A DNA stretch of 64,000 nt. Origin: Eledone cirrhosa (Eukaryota). The stretch is from the NCBI GenBank assembly GCA_964016885.1, contig OZ024743.1:172298001-172362000 (forward strand). The letters run 5' to 3'. Shown piece by piece: positions 11,460 through 23,518 of this stretch; within the stretch, counting starts at the first letter, position 1; each line of letters opens with the position of its first letter. Under the pieces are notes generated by a model that was not told the DNA's origin, made no database searches, and saw nothing but the letters and a program-made list of their open reading frames with translations. The translations under genes and the position numbers were made by a program.

Positions 11460-12780
11460 CTCACGTGGTATGGAGGTTGTTTTTGTTCCTCCTTGACCAG
11501 ATCCAGCTGGAACTCCTTTCCTCTGCCTCTGCTCTTGCCTTTAGAGGTTTGGTCTTTGTCTTCCCAAGGACTGAAAGTTGTTTCATGAGATTGTTGGCAG
11601 ATTTGCCCACAAAGCCTCAGACTTCAACTTCTGTGGTGAGAACTTTGACTCGGAAGTCGGCTTCCCTCAGGCTGATGACAACATTGGCGTATTTTTCGTT
11701 CACGAATACGTGTGCTTCTTCTAATCTACTTTCAAAAGGCATGGTAAGTTTAATCAAAATCAGCTGTTTTGATGAACTGGAATGGAGTACGATATCCGGC
11801 CTCAAACCACTCTTTCTGGTGATTTCTGGTTGTTTTGCTGACCCTGGGAGGTCTGTTGTACGCCCACAGTCGTCCGACCACTCAGATGACTCGATCCCCG
11901 TGCCAAGTATGGCATAGCTGTTCCTGCCATGTATCAATTCCTCTTGCCGTATAGAAAATTGTCGGATATTCTCTTACTTCAGATTTTACTTTTGCTGTAC
12001 TTGTCACATGTACGATCTCCTTCAGCACTTGATTGGGTCTCCACATGGACTAGTGGTACTCTGCATGATTTAAGAACGTGTTCCACAGTCTGTCTACCCT
12101 GGTAGAGTGGGAACTAAGTGTTATCTGAGAGGCGCCATATGTCACAAGACATCCCAAATGAGACACTTCTGCAGTACACCTTCCCACGTTGTCCATGTTG
12201 GCTCAGCTGAACTGCCTTCTGGTGTCTTCTGGAAACCTCTTCTTTTTTACCTCCTGTAAAATCAGATCTCTCCTCATCTTTCCACTGGCCTCTGACCACC
12301 GTTTCAATTTTGTTATACCCAGTCTTTACCTATTAACCTGAATGTGTCCCTATCTGTAGAGGGTCGGACGCCATGCTTTGCGGCATAGAATTACGGCCCT
12401 TTACGATCTGAGTTCAAATCCCGCCGAGGTTAACTTCGCCTTTCATCCTTGTGGGGTCGATAAAATAAAGCACAAATAATGCACTGTGGTAATTGCTAGC
12501 CTTGTGCCAAAAGTAGAAACAATTATATCTGTGATTGATCGTAATGCCTTCTTTTACTGCATCTAACACTTCCTGAACATTCCATTTTCTGCCTGTCTTT
12601 AGCCTGGGCCGGATCGACCTCATGCCCTTGTCTTCCTAGTTTTAAAGCATGGTCAAGAGCCTTGCTTTTCCGACTTTGTACTCCTCAACGATGGATTGGA
12701 AAGGTAGCATCAGTTGGCCTGGCGATAGTAGAGTACAACATCAGTGAAACCTGGTGGGATACCAAGCCACTTCCTTGTGT
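11460..12780 (-). mobile_element. Degenerate RLE-type non-LTR retrotransposon (HERO-like), interrupted by a SINE
   Basis: RPRLKTGRKWNVQE, then LRPDIVLHS...LIKLTMPFE...EKY...EVEV*GFVG (PD-(D/E)xK restriction-like endonuclease). Confidence 0.7.
12350..12525 (+). mobile_element. tRNA-derived SINE
   Basis: GTAGAGGGTCGGACGCCATGC...CTGAGTTCAAATCCCGCCGAGG...GGGGTCGATAAAATAAAG...CCTTGTGCCAAAAGTAGAAACAATTAT. Confidence 0.9.
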
Positions 12781-13975
12781 ATTTTTACAATACAAGGATG
12801 AATGGTAGATTTATACACACACCACATTTGGGAATCTTTAGTCTGTTTTTTTTATTGCAAACATTCGGGTCAGGTCTTTGGTTTCAAGATATTTTCCGCC
12901 CTCCCACGAGTCTCGGGAAAAGGTATGGACACTGTCCTTCTCTCCCTGATCATACAGATTCATATCCTCCCTCCCCAATGCAATGCAGTGAAAAAAGATA
13001 ATATTAAGAGAGTACTGTGAAGGAAATATTCTTTTGGCCCCGTTTGATTGAGGGGCTGCCCTGAAATACACTTTTTCATCGACTGTTTGTCTGGCATTTC
13101 ATTATTGTCTATAGAATAGCGATTAAATTGTTAGTCTAAAGCAGTGAAATTACAGAAAGTGTTTTATAAAAGACCTTACAATATTTACACCCACTCCTTT
13201 TTAAATCTAACTGTGGTTAATTCTGACTTGCATCTTTCCACACCTGTCATATCAGGCCATATCAAATATACAATCGGCTACCTTCCTAAATCTGCAGTTT
13301 TTTTTCAGAAGTAATTCTATATTTTTACAGTAACTATCAATTTACATAATCACAATGAACAGCACCACTACCAACAATAATAACAACAATTAAAAAAAAG
13401 AGACAACAATGGCTACTATAACAACAACACAAAAACAAAAAAGACAAGGAGAGTTAGGGCAAACAATAGCAACAAAAATTACTAACAAAAAACAAGGACA
13501 GAAATGGCAACAACAACACAATACCAAAAATAAACAAGAATAACAAATGCAAGACAGTAACAAAAATAAATAGAAACAACAAAAAACAACAACTCAATGA
13601 CGAAAAAACAAGAACAACAACATAATACTGCATCACTTGCGAAACATTTGCGATAAGAAACTTGCATCTTTGAAATACCACATTGTCATCATTCAGTATA
13701 TCGAAACAGACCTTCTGTATCACCAGCACATGTTTCAGTGGTGAAATTGAAGAAAATTTGATGGAAATCAATAACATTTTGTAGACATAAAAATAGTATG
13801 AAAATAGTGAATAAAGCTATTCCTGCGTGCTGGAATGCTTTGTGTGTAGTTGGTGGAGTTATACGATCAATATACGACTAGATATACCAAAATATGTACA
13901 ATATTCAACGTTATGCGAATTCTTAAGAACTAAATATACCAGACGGCATGAGAGAGAGAGAGAGAGAGATACACA

Positions 13976-14175
13976 NNNNNNNNNNNNNNNNNNNNNNNNN
14001 NNNNNNNNNNNNNNNNNNNNNNNNNNNNNNNNNNNNNNNNNNNNNNNNNNNNNNNNNNNNNNNNNNNNNNNNNNNNNNNNNNNNNNNNNNNNNNNNNNNN
14101 NNNNNNNNNNNNNNNNNNNNNNNNNNNNNNNNNNNNNNNNNNNNNNNNNNNNNNNNNNNNNNNNNNNNNNNNNNN
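13976..14175. other. Assembly gap (200 N)
   Basis: Run of Ns. Confidence 1.
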
Positions 14176-14335
14176 CACATATATATATAATTAATCAATG
14201 AAAAAAGAGTTCGTTGATTTGTAATCAACTGATTCTTATATATAACAGATGTCAAGCACTCAACGGTATAAATTTATCCGGAGTATTATAATAATAATAA
14301 TAGTAATAAACGAAAGATATATACTTTATATCATC

Positions 14336-14424
14336 TCTATTTATTTCATTATATATATTTCGAAGATGCAAAGTTTATGTATAACATAAAGCAAAACATG
14401 TCCTCTTCAGACAAAATACATAGA
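14336..14424 (-). ncRNA. Type I hammerhead ribozyme (PLE pLTR)
   Basis: Reverse complement: TATTTTGT CTGAAGA GGA C ATG..TTTATGT tat ACATAAA..CAT C TTC GAAA TATATA TA ATGAAATA. Confidence 0.85.
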
Positions 14425-14915
14425 TGTATAATTTGTTCATGATATGCTGGTAGAAAGAAAAAAATGTATGCATTACAGCCAAATTTATTAATTCATATTA
14501 AATTTAATGTATTTAGATACAACCTAAATTTAAGGTCGATGAAAAATTGTAACGGAGGAAGATTATAAGAGAAAAAGAATAATCGGAGAAAATAACGGAG
14601 AAAAATATCAGAGGAAAAAATTAGTTAACTTATTTAGTTGTATAGTCTAGATTTGAAAAAAATAAAAAATCATTTAACAATTAAATATAAAGGGAGTAAT
14701 ACCTATCTTATTATTTTTTTATTTTTTTTATATATAAAGCTTAATTAAAAATTGTAAATGTATTCGAGAATAAGTGGTGAGAATTAAAACTATATATAAA
14801 GGAATATTCACTATTATGTTATCTATTTTAAAACTTAATTAAAAATCTTATGGAACGTTTTTTGAGAATCGGTGGAGACACGAGTTAAAGATCTCGGATG
14901 TTTTATTGATAATTT

Positions 14916-15035
14916 CTAGCAGAAAAACCGCCCTTTCGAGCGGTTTTCTGCTAGCATACGCAGTGTGCATATTGGTATTATACGAAATATATATGCATAT
15001 AGATATATATAAATTGAAAAGTAAATTGACAATAT
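14916..15035 (-). mobile_element. Solo Helitron 3' terminus (hairpin + CTAG)
   Basis: CTAGCAGAAAAACCGC-cctttcga-GCGGTTTTCTGCTAG; the adjacent ~80 bp is homologous to 17470-17550. Confidence 0.7.
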
Positions 15036-15670
15036 CTTCTTCTTCGCCCACTTATTTCTGAGGGGGTCGTGGGGGCCGAGTCCTTCTCAAACATTTCTTC
15101 CAGCGAGTCTGTCAGTAGCAAACATCTCTAACTGATCCAGCTGGATCCCAAAGCGTGACCAGCCAAATTATCCAACTATCTTGCTCTGGGCCTCTTGCCG
15201 GCTGGTTTTGCCTGTAAAATCTTTGCAGCGATTCTTTACTGAGACATTCTAACCACATGCTCATAATATCGGAGTTGTGGTCTCTCAATTCGGAGAAGTA
15301 GCGGCTCTACCAGGAGTGACTCTCTGGTCTCTGAGTTATGCACTTTATCGAGTAACGTTACTCCAAAGACCCTTCGGAGGAACCCCATTTCTGCCGCTTT
15401 TATTTGCAATTGTATTCTTTCAGTCATTACCCAAGATTCATGATCCTCGGTAACAGTGTCAGGAATACCAGGAAGACAGCGAGTTTGGCTTTTACACCTA
15501 CCTCCCTTCTTCTGATTACTAAATGCTAAAGCTGGTGCATTACTGCATCAGCTTTAACAATTCTTACACTTAATTCAGCCTCCTGCATTCCATCACTCAA
15601 GAACACGGCTCCAAGATACTTGAACTTCTCTAACTGCTTCAGTAGAAATCCATTCACATGTATATAAATT
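15036..15670 (-). mobile_element. RTE LINE 3' fragment with short (GAA)n tail
   Basis: KQLEKFKYLG, AAEMGFLRRVFGVTLLDKVHNSE..., LRYYEHVVRM; similar to 10028-10340. Confidence 0.85.
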
Positions 15671-15879
15671 TGAGGGACTTCTGTCCACCCGTCCGTCACA
15701 CAATGTGTATGTGTGTTTGTGTGAATGTATGTGTGTGTAAAAGGAAGGAAAGGGATACACACATATATATGTCTCTAACATAAAAACAGTGACACACGCG
15801 TGTCTCTAATTTAAGAACGCCGATAAAATCACGCGCGCTCACATACATACACTGTCCTATTACCACTTAAGAGTTTTGG

Positions 15880-16270
15880 CCCTGGCAAACATCCCCTCAA
15901 TTTTGGAACCGTTTGGGTTGTCCAAAGTTGATGGTCAAGGAGCAGATAACTTATCTGGGACGTCGCAGTTAGTGACTCTTTTTCTTCTTCGCACATTCTG
16001 GATGCAGTTGTAAGGGCGAGAGCTACAGCATTCGCAGCTGAACGGAACAAAATCCTAAAATACCGTGTTCTGTCAGCTAAATATATTATGGCGTTCGAGA
16101 CGTTTGGGGGAGTCAGGCTACTGACACGGAGGTTCTTGGCTTCACTGGCGGCTCACCAAACAGAGGTAACTGGGGATGCTCGTGAGGGCACTTGGTTGTT
16201 CCAGTACTTCAGCCTCACCATCACCCCAGGTAATGCTGCGAGCGTGCTGGCTTGCCTCAAAAGGTATTAG
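15880..16270 (+). mobile_element. CRE-clade non-LTR 3' fragment (RLE)
   Basis: W.RSR*LIWDVAV.D, AFETFGG, WLFQYFSLTI..GNAASV. Confidence 0.65.
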
Positions 16271-17134
16271 AGAGGTTTCCCAGTGCTTCTCACTATATTG
16301 CTATCTTTTGCTCTGGCAGCGGTTCGTTTTTCCAACCCTTTCGTCTGCATTTTGTTCTATGTATTACGTGCTTGTGTATTTTTTCTCTTTCCTTTTTTTC
16401 TTTCCCTTTCCTTTGTATATATCATATGCTTGTGTCTTTTTTCTCTTTCTTTTTTTCCTTCCCCTTTCCTTTGTATATATCATATTTGTTTGTGTTTTCG
16501 TTCTGTAACCATTATATTAAATTTTTATACAAATGAGTTTTTAAAAAATTAGTTAAACTGTGTTGTTAATAAATAAATAAAGAGTTGTACTTCATTTTAC
16601 TCTCGAATGCTGCTATCATGACTGTATGGTTGTGTGTGTGTGTTTGTGTAAATGTATGTGTGAATATGTGTTTGTGTAAATGTATATGTGTGAATGTATG
16701 CATGTGTTTGTGTGAAAGTATGTTTATTTGTGTGAATGTATGTCCGTGAGCGTGCATTTTTGTAAGTTTGTGTTTGCGCGATTATAGTTATATACTCATA
16801 TACTCATACATATAAATGCACATACACACACGCACACATATACGCATCAGCATGTTGAAAAACTCCTAATCTCTTCGCCTATCTCTTTCATTCTCTCTAT
16901 CTCTTTCTATATATATCTGTCACATAATCATTCTATCTATCTGTATCTCTCTCATCACACACTCTCTCTTTCTAAGTATATGGTAGTTGGAGTGGTGGTG
17001 GATATACCGGAAGTGTAGAAATTTGAAACAGTTAAAAGAAGTCAATTTTAAATAAACGATAAAATTATTCATATTTAATGAAGAGTTACGAATGTAGTAC
17101 ATAAATTATGTAATATTCATTCATTATTTATTCA

Positions 17135-17325
17135 GGGCGGTGGATTGGCAGTATCGGTAGAGGGTCGGACGCCATGCTTTCCAGCATAGTTACGTCCCTT
17201 TACGATCTGAGTTCAAATCCCGCCGAGGTTGACTTTGCTTTCATCCTTACGGAGTCGATAAAATAAAGTACCAGTAATACACTGGGCAATTGCTGGCCTT
17301 GTGCCTAAAGTAGAAACAATTATTT
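17135..17325 (+). mobile_element. tRNA-derived SINE
   Basis: GGCGGTGGATTGGCAGTATCGGTAGAG...GTTCAAATCCC...AGTAGAAACAATTATT. Confidence 0.9.
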
Positions 17326-17911
17326 ATTCAAAGTAATCCAACTTATTTTACTAACTGGATTAAAAGAGATAAATCGAATGTTCTCCTGCACTCCTCCCTT
17401 TATTATAGTATAGATTTTCTAATTCTTAAGAATACTAGCAGAAAACCGCTCGAGGGCGGTTTTCTGTTAGTATGTGTGCATATATTTAGTGTGCATATTT
17501 ATATACGCAAATATATATGCACATAGATATGATACGTAAATTGACAATATGCACATAAACTGAACAAGGACTGTGTTATACTTACTTCTGTAATCAGTAA
17601 AGTAATCCATGATACATTTAAAAAAAGGTGATAATGAAAATGGAAAAGCGATGAAACTGTTGACGGAAAATGTTCTTGAATCTTCACTTGAGAATATCGA
17701 TGGGAAGCTTCAAGTAGTGAATTTGAAAATTGATGCTGCTGGTATGAATGAATGAATTTACATTTACCAATATGAAGAGTTGACCTTCGCTATATTGTTG
17801 TTTTACTGTATTCACATATAAACTTCTTAAGTTTTTGTAGTATCCCTTTTCTAGTAATTAAAAAAAAACTGAAATGCATTTCAACTAAAAGAGAGTGATA
17901 GCTGTTTCACA

Positions 17912-20900
17912 TCACTGTAGAATTTCTTTGTAACCACAATTGTCAGCAAACAGACCCCTTTCATTTAATATTTTAATATTTTCTTTGTTTGTAACTCTTG
18001 ATAATGCAACATACATCTGACCATGTGAGAATTGTGTTGGTAGATATACACCGATCTTTTCAAATGTCTGTCCTTGTGCCTTGTTGCATGTAAGGGCAAA
18101 GGCTGGATTGACAGGAAATTGCTTGCGAGTAAAGGTGAAAGGGAACTCAAGCTCTTGAGATACATGTGGTATCCTTGGGATTAGCAACCTTGTTCCAGCA
18201 TTGGGACCCAATGCCACTTCAGCTTCAATTACATGATTATGTAAACTGATGATGATGTAGCATGTACCATTGCAATGCCCGTTTAGAGGATCCAGATTTC
18301 TCAGAAGCATGATGCAACTGTCTTTCTTCAGTTTAAGTATGTGTGTTGGGAAGCCTGATGGGTAAGTTTGTTGATGATCTCAATTGGATATTGCAATTCA
18401 TTATTTACTCGCCGATTGCGGTGGATTGGCAGTATCGGTAGCGAGTCGGACGCCATGCTTTGCAGCATAGATTTACGGCCCTTTATGATCTGAGTTCAAA
18501 TCCTGTCGAGGTTAACTTTGCCTTTCATCCTTACGGGGTAGTTAAAATAAAGTACCAGTAATGCACTGGGATAATTGCCGGCCTTGTGACAAAAGTAGAA
18601 ACAATTATTTACTCGCCGAGGTTGACTTTGCCTTTCATCCTTACGGGGTCGATAAAATAAAGTACCAGTAATGCACTGGGTAATTGCTGGCCTTGTGCCT
18701 AAAGTAGAAACAATTATTTACTGTATCAGAGCTTCTGTAGATTATTTCATGACCAGGAAATTTGTTGACCATGAACTCATTCTCCAATCTTGCTGCATCA
18801 TTTGTTGGAATGATAATGGCTCTATTTACAAGCCATAGTGGGTTTGTGTAGTTTCCTGGAAGATCTGTATACACAAAATTACACAGTCCAGACACATTAC
18901 TATATTCCAGACAAAGTTCATTTGGTAGAAGAATTGCGAATGCAACTATAGTTGGTACAGTTAGAATGTTACTATTTCCCACATCAAGAAGGTAGTTTGC
19001 AAACTGTCTTTCATCAGAATCCTCTGCATTAATTAACGGTTGATTGGTTGTCATCTCCATGGTTTCCACATAGTCCCAGAGATAAGATCTATTGGTGGTT
19101 GCCTCAACTATTCGTGGTCTAGCACCATGACGTATAACTGGAAGAATTTGCTTCCAGTCACCAGATAGTAATACTGTTAGACGACCAAATGGCTTTTTGC
19201 AATCTCGAACATATTTGAAGCTCCTGTCAAGACATTCAAAGATATGCTTATGTCCCATACCTGTCTCATCAATGATTAGCAGGTCAGGTTGCTGCATAGG
19301 TTTACCTGTGCTATCCCTCTTTGTGAAGAAGCAAGTTGATTCAGCAGTCACATTGAGAGGAATCTTGCACTTGGAATGAAGAGTTCTACCTTTGTGAAGC
19401 AAAGTGGCTGCTATTCCAGATATGGCAGTGGCAAGTGCAATTAATTTTTTAGATCGGAGATAATCCAATAGGATATTGATGACATAGGTCTTTCCTGTAC
19501 CTGTACTTGCATTCAAGCAGAAACTTCTACCTTCATTTTCATTGTCAGAGGGGATTACTTTGTGAAATATAACCAGTTGCTTGGGATTCAATGTTGGCAG
19601 AAGTTCATTTATGTTTGCTTGCAGTTGGTGTGTATTGAAATCAGTCTCTGCCATAAGAACCCTGTTGATTTCTAGTATGGCAACAATAGTTGGGTCTGGC
19701 CGAGGAAGTCCATAGTTGACATGAATGTCCAAGCCATCATGTTGAAGTCTTTGTTGGATCTTCTGTAGAACAATCTGCACAGTTTGCTTGGACATGACTT
19801 GCTCATGACGTTCATGCTTGATATCCTCTGCAAGACAATTCTTCCATTTCTTCCAGAACTGCAGAGGCTCATTTGGTATGCACTACAAAGAAATGGTGCA
19901 GAAGATCTCTCGTAGCTGAGGAACAAGCGCAATGGATGAGGCCTCTTCCAAAGCTTTTTCTTTTTCTCTATATTCATCTAACAGACCAAGTTTCCTGCAT
20001 GCTTCTTGGAATGTTGGAAATTCAACTCCTTCAATTGTTCTCAAATCTTTGTATGATGTTGAGCCAGCCTTGTGATGTAGGGTCATCCTGAGATAAGATA
20101 ATTCAGATTGATGTCTACTGAGAAATACTGTTGGAATGCGTCCAAGAGATTCACTCATAAATTGTTGATCATCATCGAGATGTCCCCTTTTCTTCTTTGC
20201 CACTTTTTGTTTGTCCAAGTGAAATATTTAGGAATATCAATATACAATATGTTTTGTGCCACTGGGTCTATAATATTCAGTTTAAATATTCGGTCAACTT
20301 AGTCATTGGCTGTCCCTTAGAAACAACACTTTCTTCCTGCCCTCGCTCATACACGACCCAGGTAAATGTTAAGGCAACTTTTCAACTGGCAGTTTCCGAT
20401 GATGTAAGGGAAATTTATAGATTCTCCAGAATGCTTCACTGGCTGAGATGTACCGTGCATAAGTCTCAATCTCATTTTGCGCATGGACACAATTTCCTTG
20501 ATCATCCTTAATAGTGAAAATGATCTTGTCTGATCCTTTTGTAATGTACTTATATAAATACTTAACAGCCTTGACACTGTGTACAACCTCACAATTGATG
20601 TGGCGCTGAGATCTCAATGAGAAGAAAGGGTTGTATGGAACAATCCAACGATTATCAACAGTAAATTCTTGACCTTTAAGTTGGATTGTATGGGTGTGTC
20701 CACCATGCTGTCAATTCCTTCTACTATACTCCGGAAAGGAATTTTCGGCAAAAAATGTGGTTTGTCTGAATGCCTTAGGATAACATTTTGAGCAATGGCG
20801 TTGTTGTCCTAGACCTTCCATACATGAACACATCATAAAAGCTTGTCCACATGGGCCATGAATGTTGCAGGATGTGATGATCTTATGCAGGATTGCATTT

Positions 20901-22186
20901 GTCTCTTTATCAGGAATTTCACAGTACACTACCTGATCAATGGCATCAGCAGTTTTGGGCTTGCTATCTTCAGCCATTATCAGCAGAATATGAGCATGAG
21001 TGAGGCCTCGTTTCTGTCACTATTGTAGCAGAATGAGCCACAACTTTTCCTATGACATTTTGTTTCAGTATGTCATCCATGATGCTGTCATACTTGATCT
21101 TGAAGACTCTTGCACAAATATTAGGACTGTCTCTAGGTTCTTAACCAGGGTGCAAATTATTTTTTTATTTCAGCCCAGTTAGGGTTAGTTGTTACTCTGA
21201 TGAAATAAGATGGCTTTCGCTTGAGTCGAACATCAGTCATCGAATTCTGAAAGCACTCACTGTAGAAGCATGGGGAACCATAGATTGAAGGTGGTAGAAC
21301 AATTCTCCGGCCTGCATTTACTGAATCTCCTTCAGCCACAGCATTATACAAACCCTCATACGTTCAGCTCGTATCAGGGTTTGGTTGTTGCGGGCCCATT
21401 TGAGGCGACAATGTTCTATTTTTGCCTGTGCATCTACAGCACATTGCTGCATCAGCCGCCTGCTCTTCATGATAATGTTACAGTCACCTTGCCTAACCTG
21501 AAACCGATAACAGTAGAAATCAGTTGGTGTGAGTGTGAGGTTATTGTCAATCCTTTTCAAACCAACCTGAAACCCAGGAAACAGTAGCACATAATGCAGA
21601 GGATCATAAGAACGGTGAAACTGATGAATCCTCTGAAGACCACCATCTCTTTTATGAATGATGACATCCAAGAGACCTAATGCTGTATCAGGTTGAATAA
21701 CAGCAATCTCAGATGTTATGGGAAAATTATGCACGTATCTTATGGAGAAAAGAATTTCCTGCTTGAGTGATATCGAAATATTTCAGTATATTTGGTGGAG
21801 GAGGAGAAAGTTGGGGGAGTTTCACTTTTCCCTGGAAGCAGCACAGAGATTTGGGTTCAATAAGCTTTGCAGTGCAGACAAACAAATGCAAAGAGACTCC
21901 CTGCATTATGTTGTGGCATTATGGAAAGAACAGTTTTCTCTTGGAAAGACTCATCTGTAGGATTCTTTGCCAGACCTTCAATTGACCTGTTCCTTCCTCT
22001 CTGAACGTTTGGTGTATTTGTTGCAAGTTTTTGTTGTGTTAACTGAATTACATTTGTAGAAATTTGTTGGGATGTTGTAGAGCGATTATTGTTTGATTGA
22101 TTTGCCCTCATCTCTCTTTGCCGTTGTGCGTCTGCTGCCATGCGTTGGAATTTAGATGAGAAATGTTTTCTGCGTCCTATGTTCAC
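17912..22186 (-). pseudogene. Helitron RepHel pseudogene (HUH Rep + Pif1-family helicase)
   Basis: HRSYDPLHYVLLFP, RRIVLPPSIYGSP, TTNPNWAEI, KRGLTHAHILL (HUH, ~20975-21010), YLYKYITKGSD, STGTGKTY, IIDE, GDWKQILPV, MLLRNL...CNGT, NKAQGQT, SHGQMYVALSRV. Many frameshifts and a SINE insertion. Confidence 0.92.
18410..18720 (+). mobile_element. SINE with partially duplicated 3' half, inserted in the Helitron helicase
   Basis: Full SINE at 18415-18608 plus a second 3' half at 18613-18718; TTATTTACT recurs at both flanks. Confidence 0.85.
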
Positions 22187-22459
22187 TTTCTGTCATGTAT
22201 GTATAAATATATGTTATCTCTGCGGTGAAATCTTAGAAATAAAACAAAAATGATATATAATCGATGTGATGTAGCGATAAAAATACCTATTACCACTTAA
22301 GAATATGTGAATGTATGTTTGCAAGTGTATCTGTTTTTGCGTGATCATATATAAATGGATGATTTCTGATATTTCATACATCAGACATAGAGAGAGTTGT
22401 ATGAGGTAGTCATAACAACAGTGGTAGCAGCACAACGCGTTTGAAAACCAAAGTTCTAG

Positions 22460-22541
<82 letters not shown>

Positions 22542-22759
22542 TAAGAAAGTGATTGAAATATATTCATACACACATACGTGTGCATTAAGATATATAAAAA
22601 CTTAGAACTAGAGACAATCTACACTGAAAGTAACATATATATATAGATATATATATATATATAAGCTAAAGGGATATTCAATTTGTTGGTAATTCAACAA
22701 ATATAAATGTTTATAACTGATTCAGAGCACTCGACAGATTTTCTGGAGTATAATATTCA

Positions 22760-23518
22760 ATGATATTAAATAAATGGAAACTATATTTATAAAACCATAT
22801 TTATTCTATTATATATATTTCAAGGGTACCAAAACTGTCATTAAGAAAATAATGTCAAATGGTAAAAATAGTAAAAGTATTAAAAATTAAAAAGGAAGAT
22901 CATTTTAAAAGATTTAAATTTAAATTTTTAAAGAAAATTCTCAGTAAATAATAGGATCATTTTAAAGGTGTATAAAATATTAGCAAGTGTAATGAATACT
23001 ATAAATTAAAAATACTTCTGAAAGTAGAATTTTGGCGATGTCTGCAACTAGAAAATAATTCTGTTTTAAGATTAATAGAGTTTTGACAGTTAATTATATA
23101 AAAAATCTTCTCGATACATAAGTTACAGAATCTTGAGAAAGCCATATTTCGGTATACAGGTGCTTTCGAAATCGTTCCCCAAGATATTAAATAGACTATA
23201 TTGTTGTCTTTTAAATTCCAAATTAAATGTGAAAGTGACGTGGAAGATTTGTTATCGGATCTATTAAATGTGTGTTTATGGTTATACCAGCGTTCTTTGA
23301 ATTTTGTAGAAGGGGCACCAATATAGTTAAATATGTTGTCTCTAGTTTTAACTGTGCATTTATAAATTACGTTTAACAAATAATATTTCTAGTTCTAGTT
23401 CTTTTGTTTAGTTTACTATTTAAGTTAAATTGATATTACTATTATTATATTAAATTTTAGGAAGATTTTATTGTTATCTAAGTATTTAATCTTATTCGAG
23501 TATCCTTCTCTATATAAA
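22760..23518 (-). mobile_element. Internally deleted, inverted copy of the adjacent PLE (GIY-YIG 22999-23379, half HHR at 22802-22835)
   Basis: VIYKCTV...YIGAPSTKFKERWYNHKHTF...FCNLCIEK...ELFSSCRH, near-identical to 24352-24726. Confidence 0.9.

Larger units (their letters stand above)
17435..22460 (-). mobile_element. Helitron (degenerate autonomous-type; 5' boundary uncertain)
   Basis: Rep/Hel coding remnants. 3' terminal hairpin AGAAAACCGC/GCGGTTTTCT ends in CTAG at 17435, followed by T. Confidence 0.9.

Noticed and set aside
17135-17230. tRNA gene
   Set aside because: A/B boxes are present but there is no cloverleaf; it is the head of a multi-copy SINE.
18641-19795. Host PIF1 helicase gene
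   Set aside because: It is colinear with an upstream HUH Rep domain and a Helitron terminus, and is interrupted by a SINE and frameshifts.
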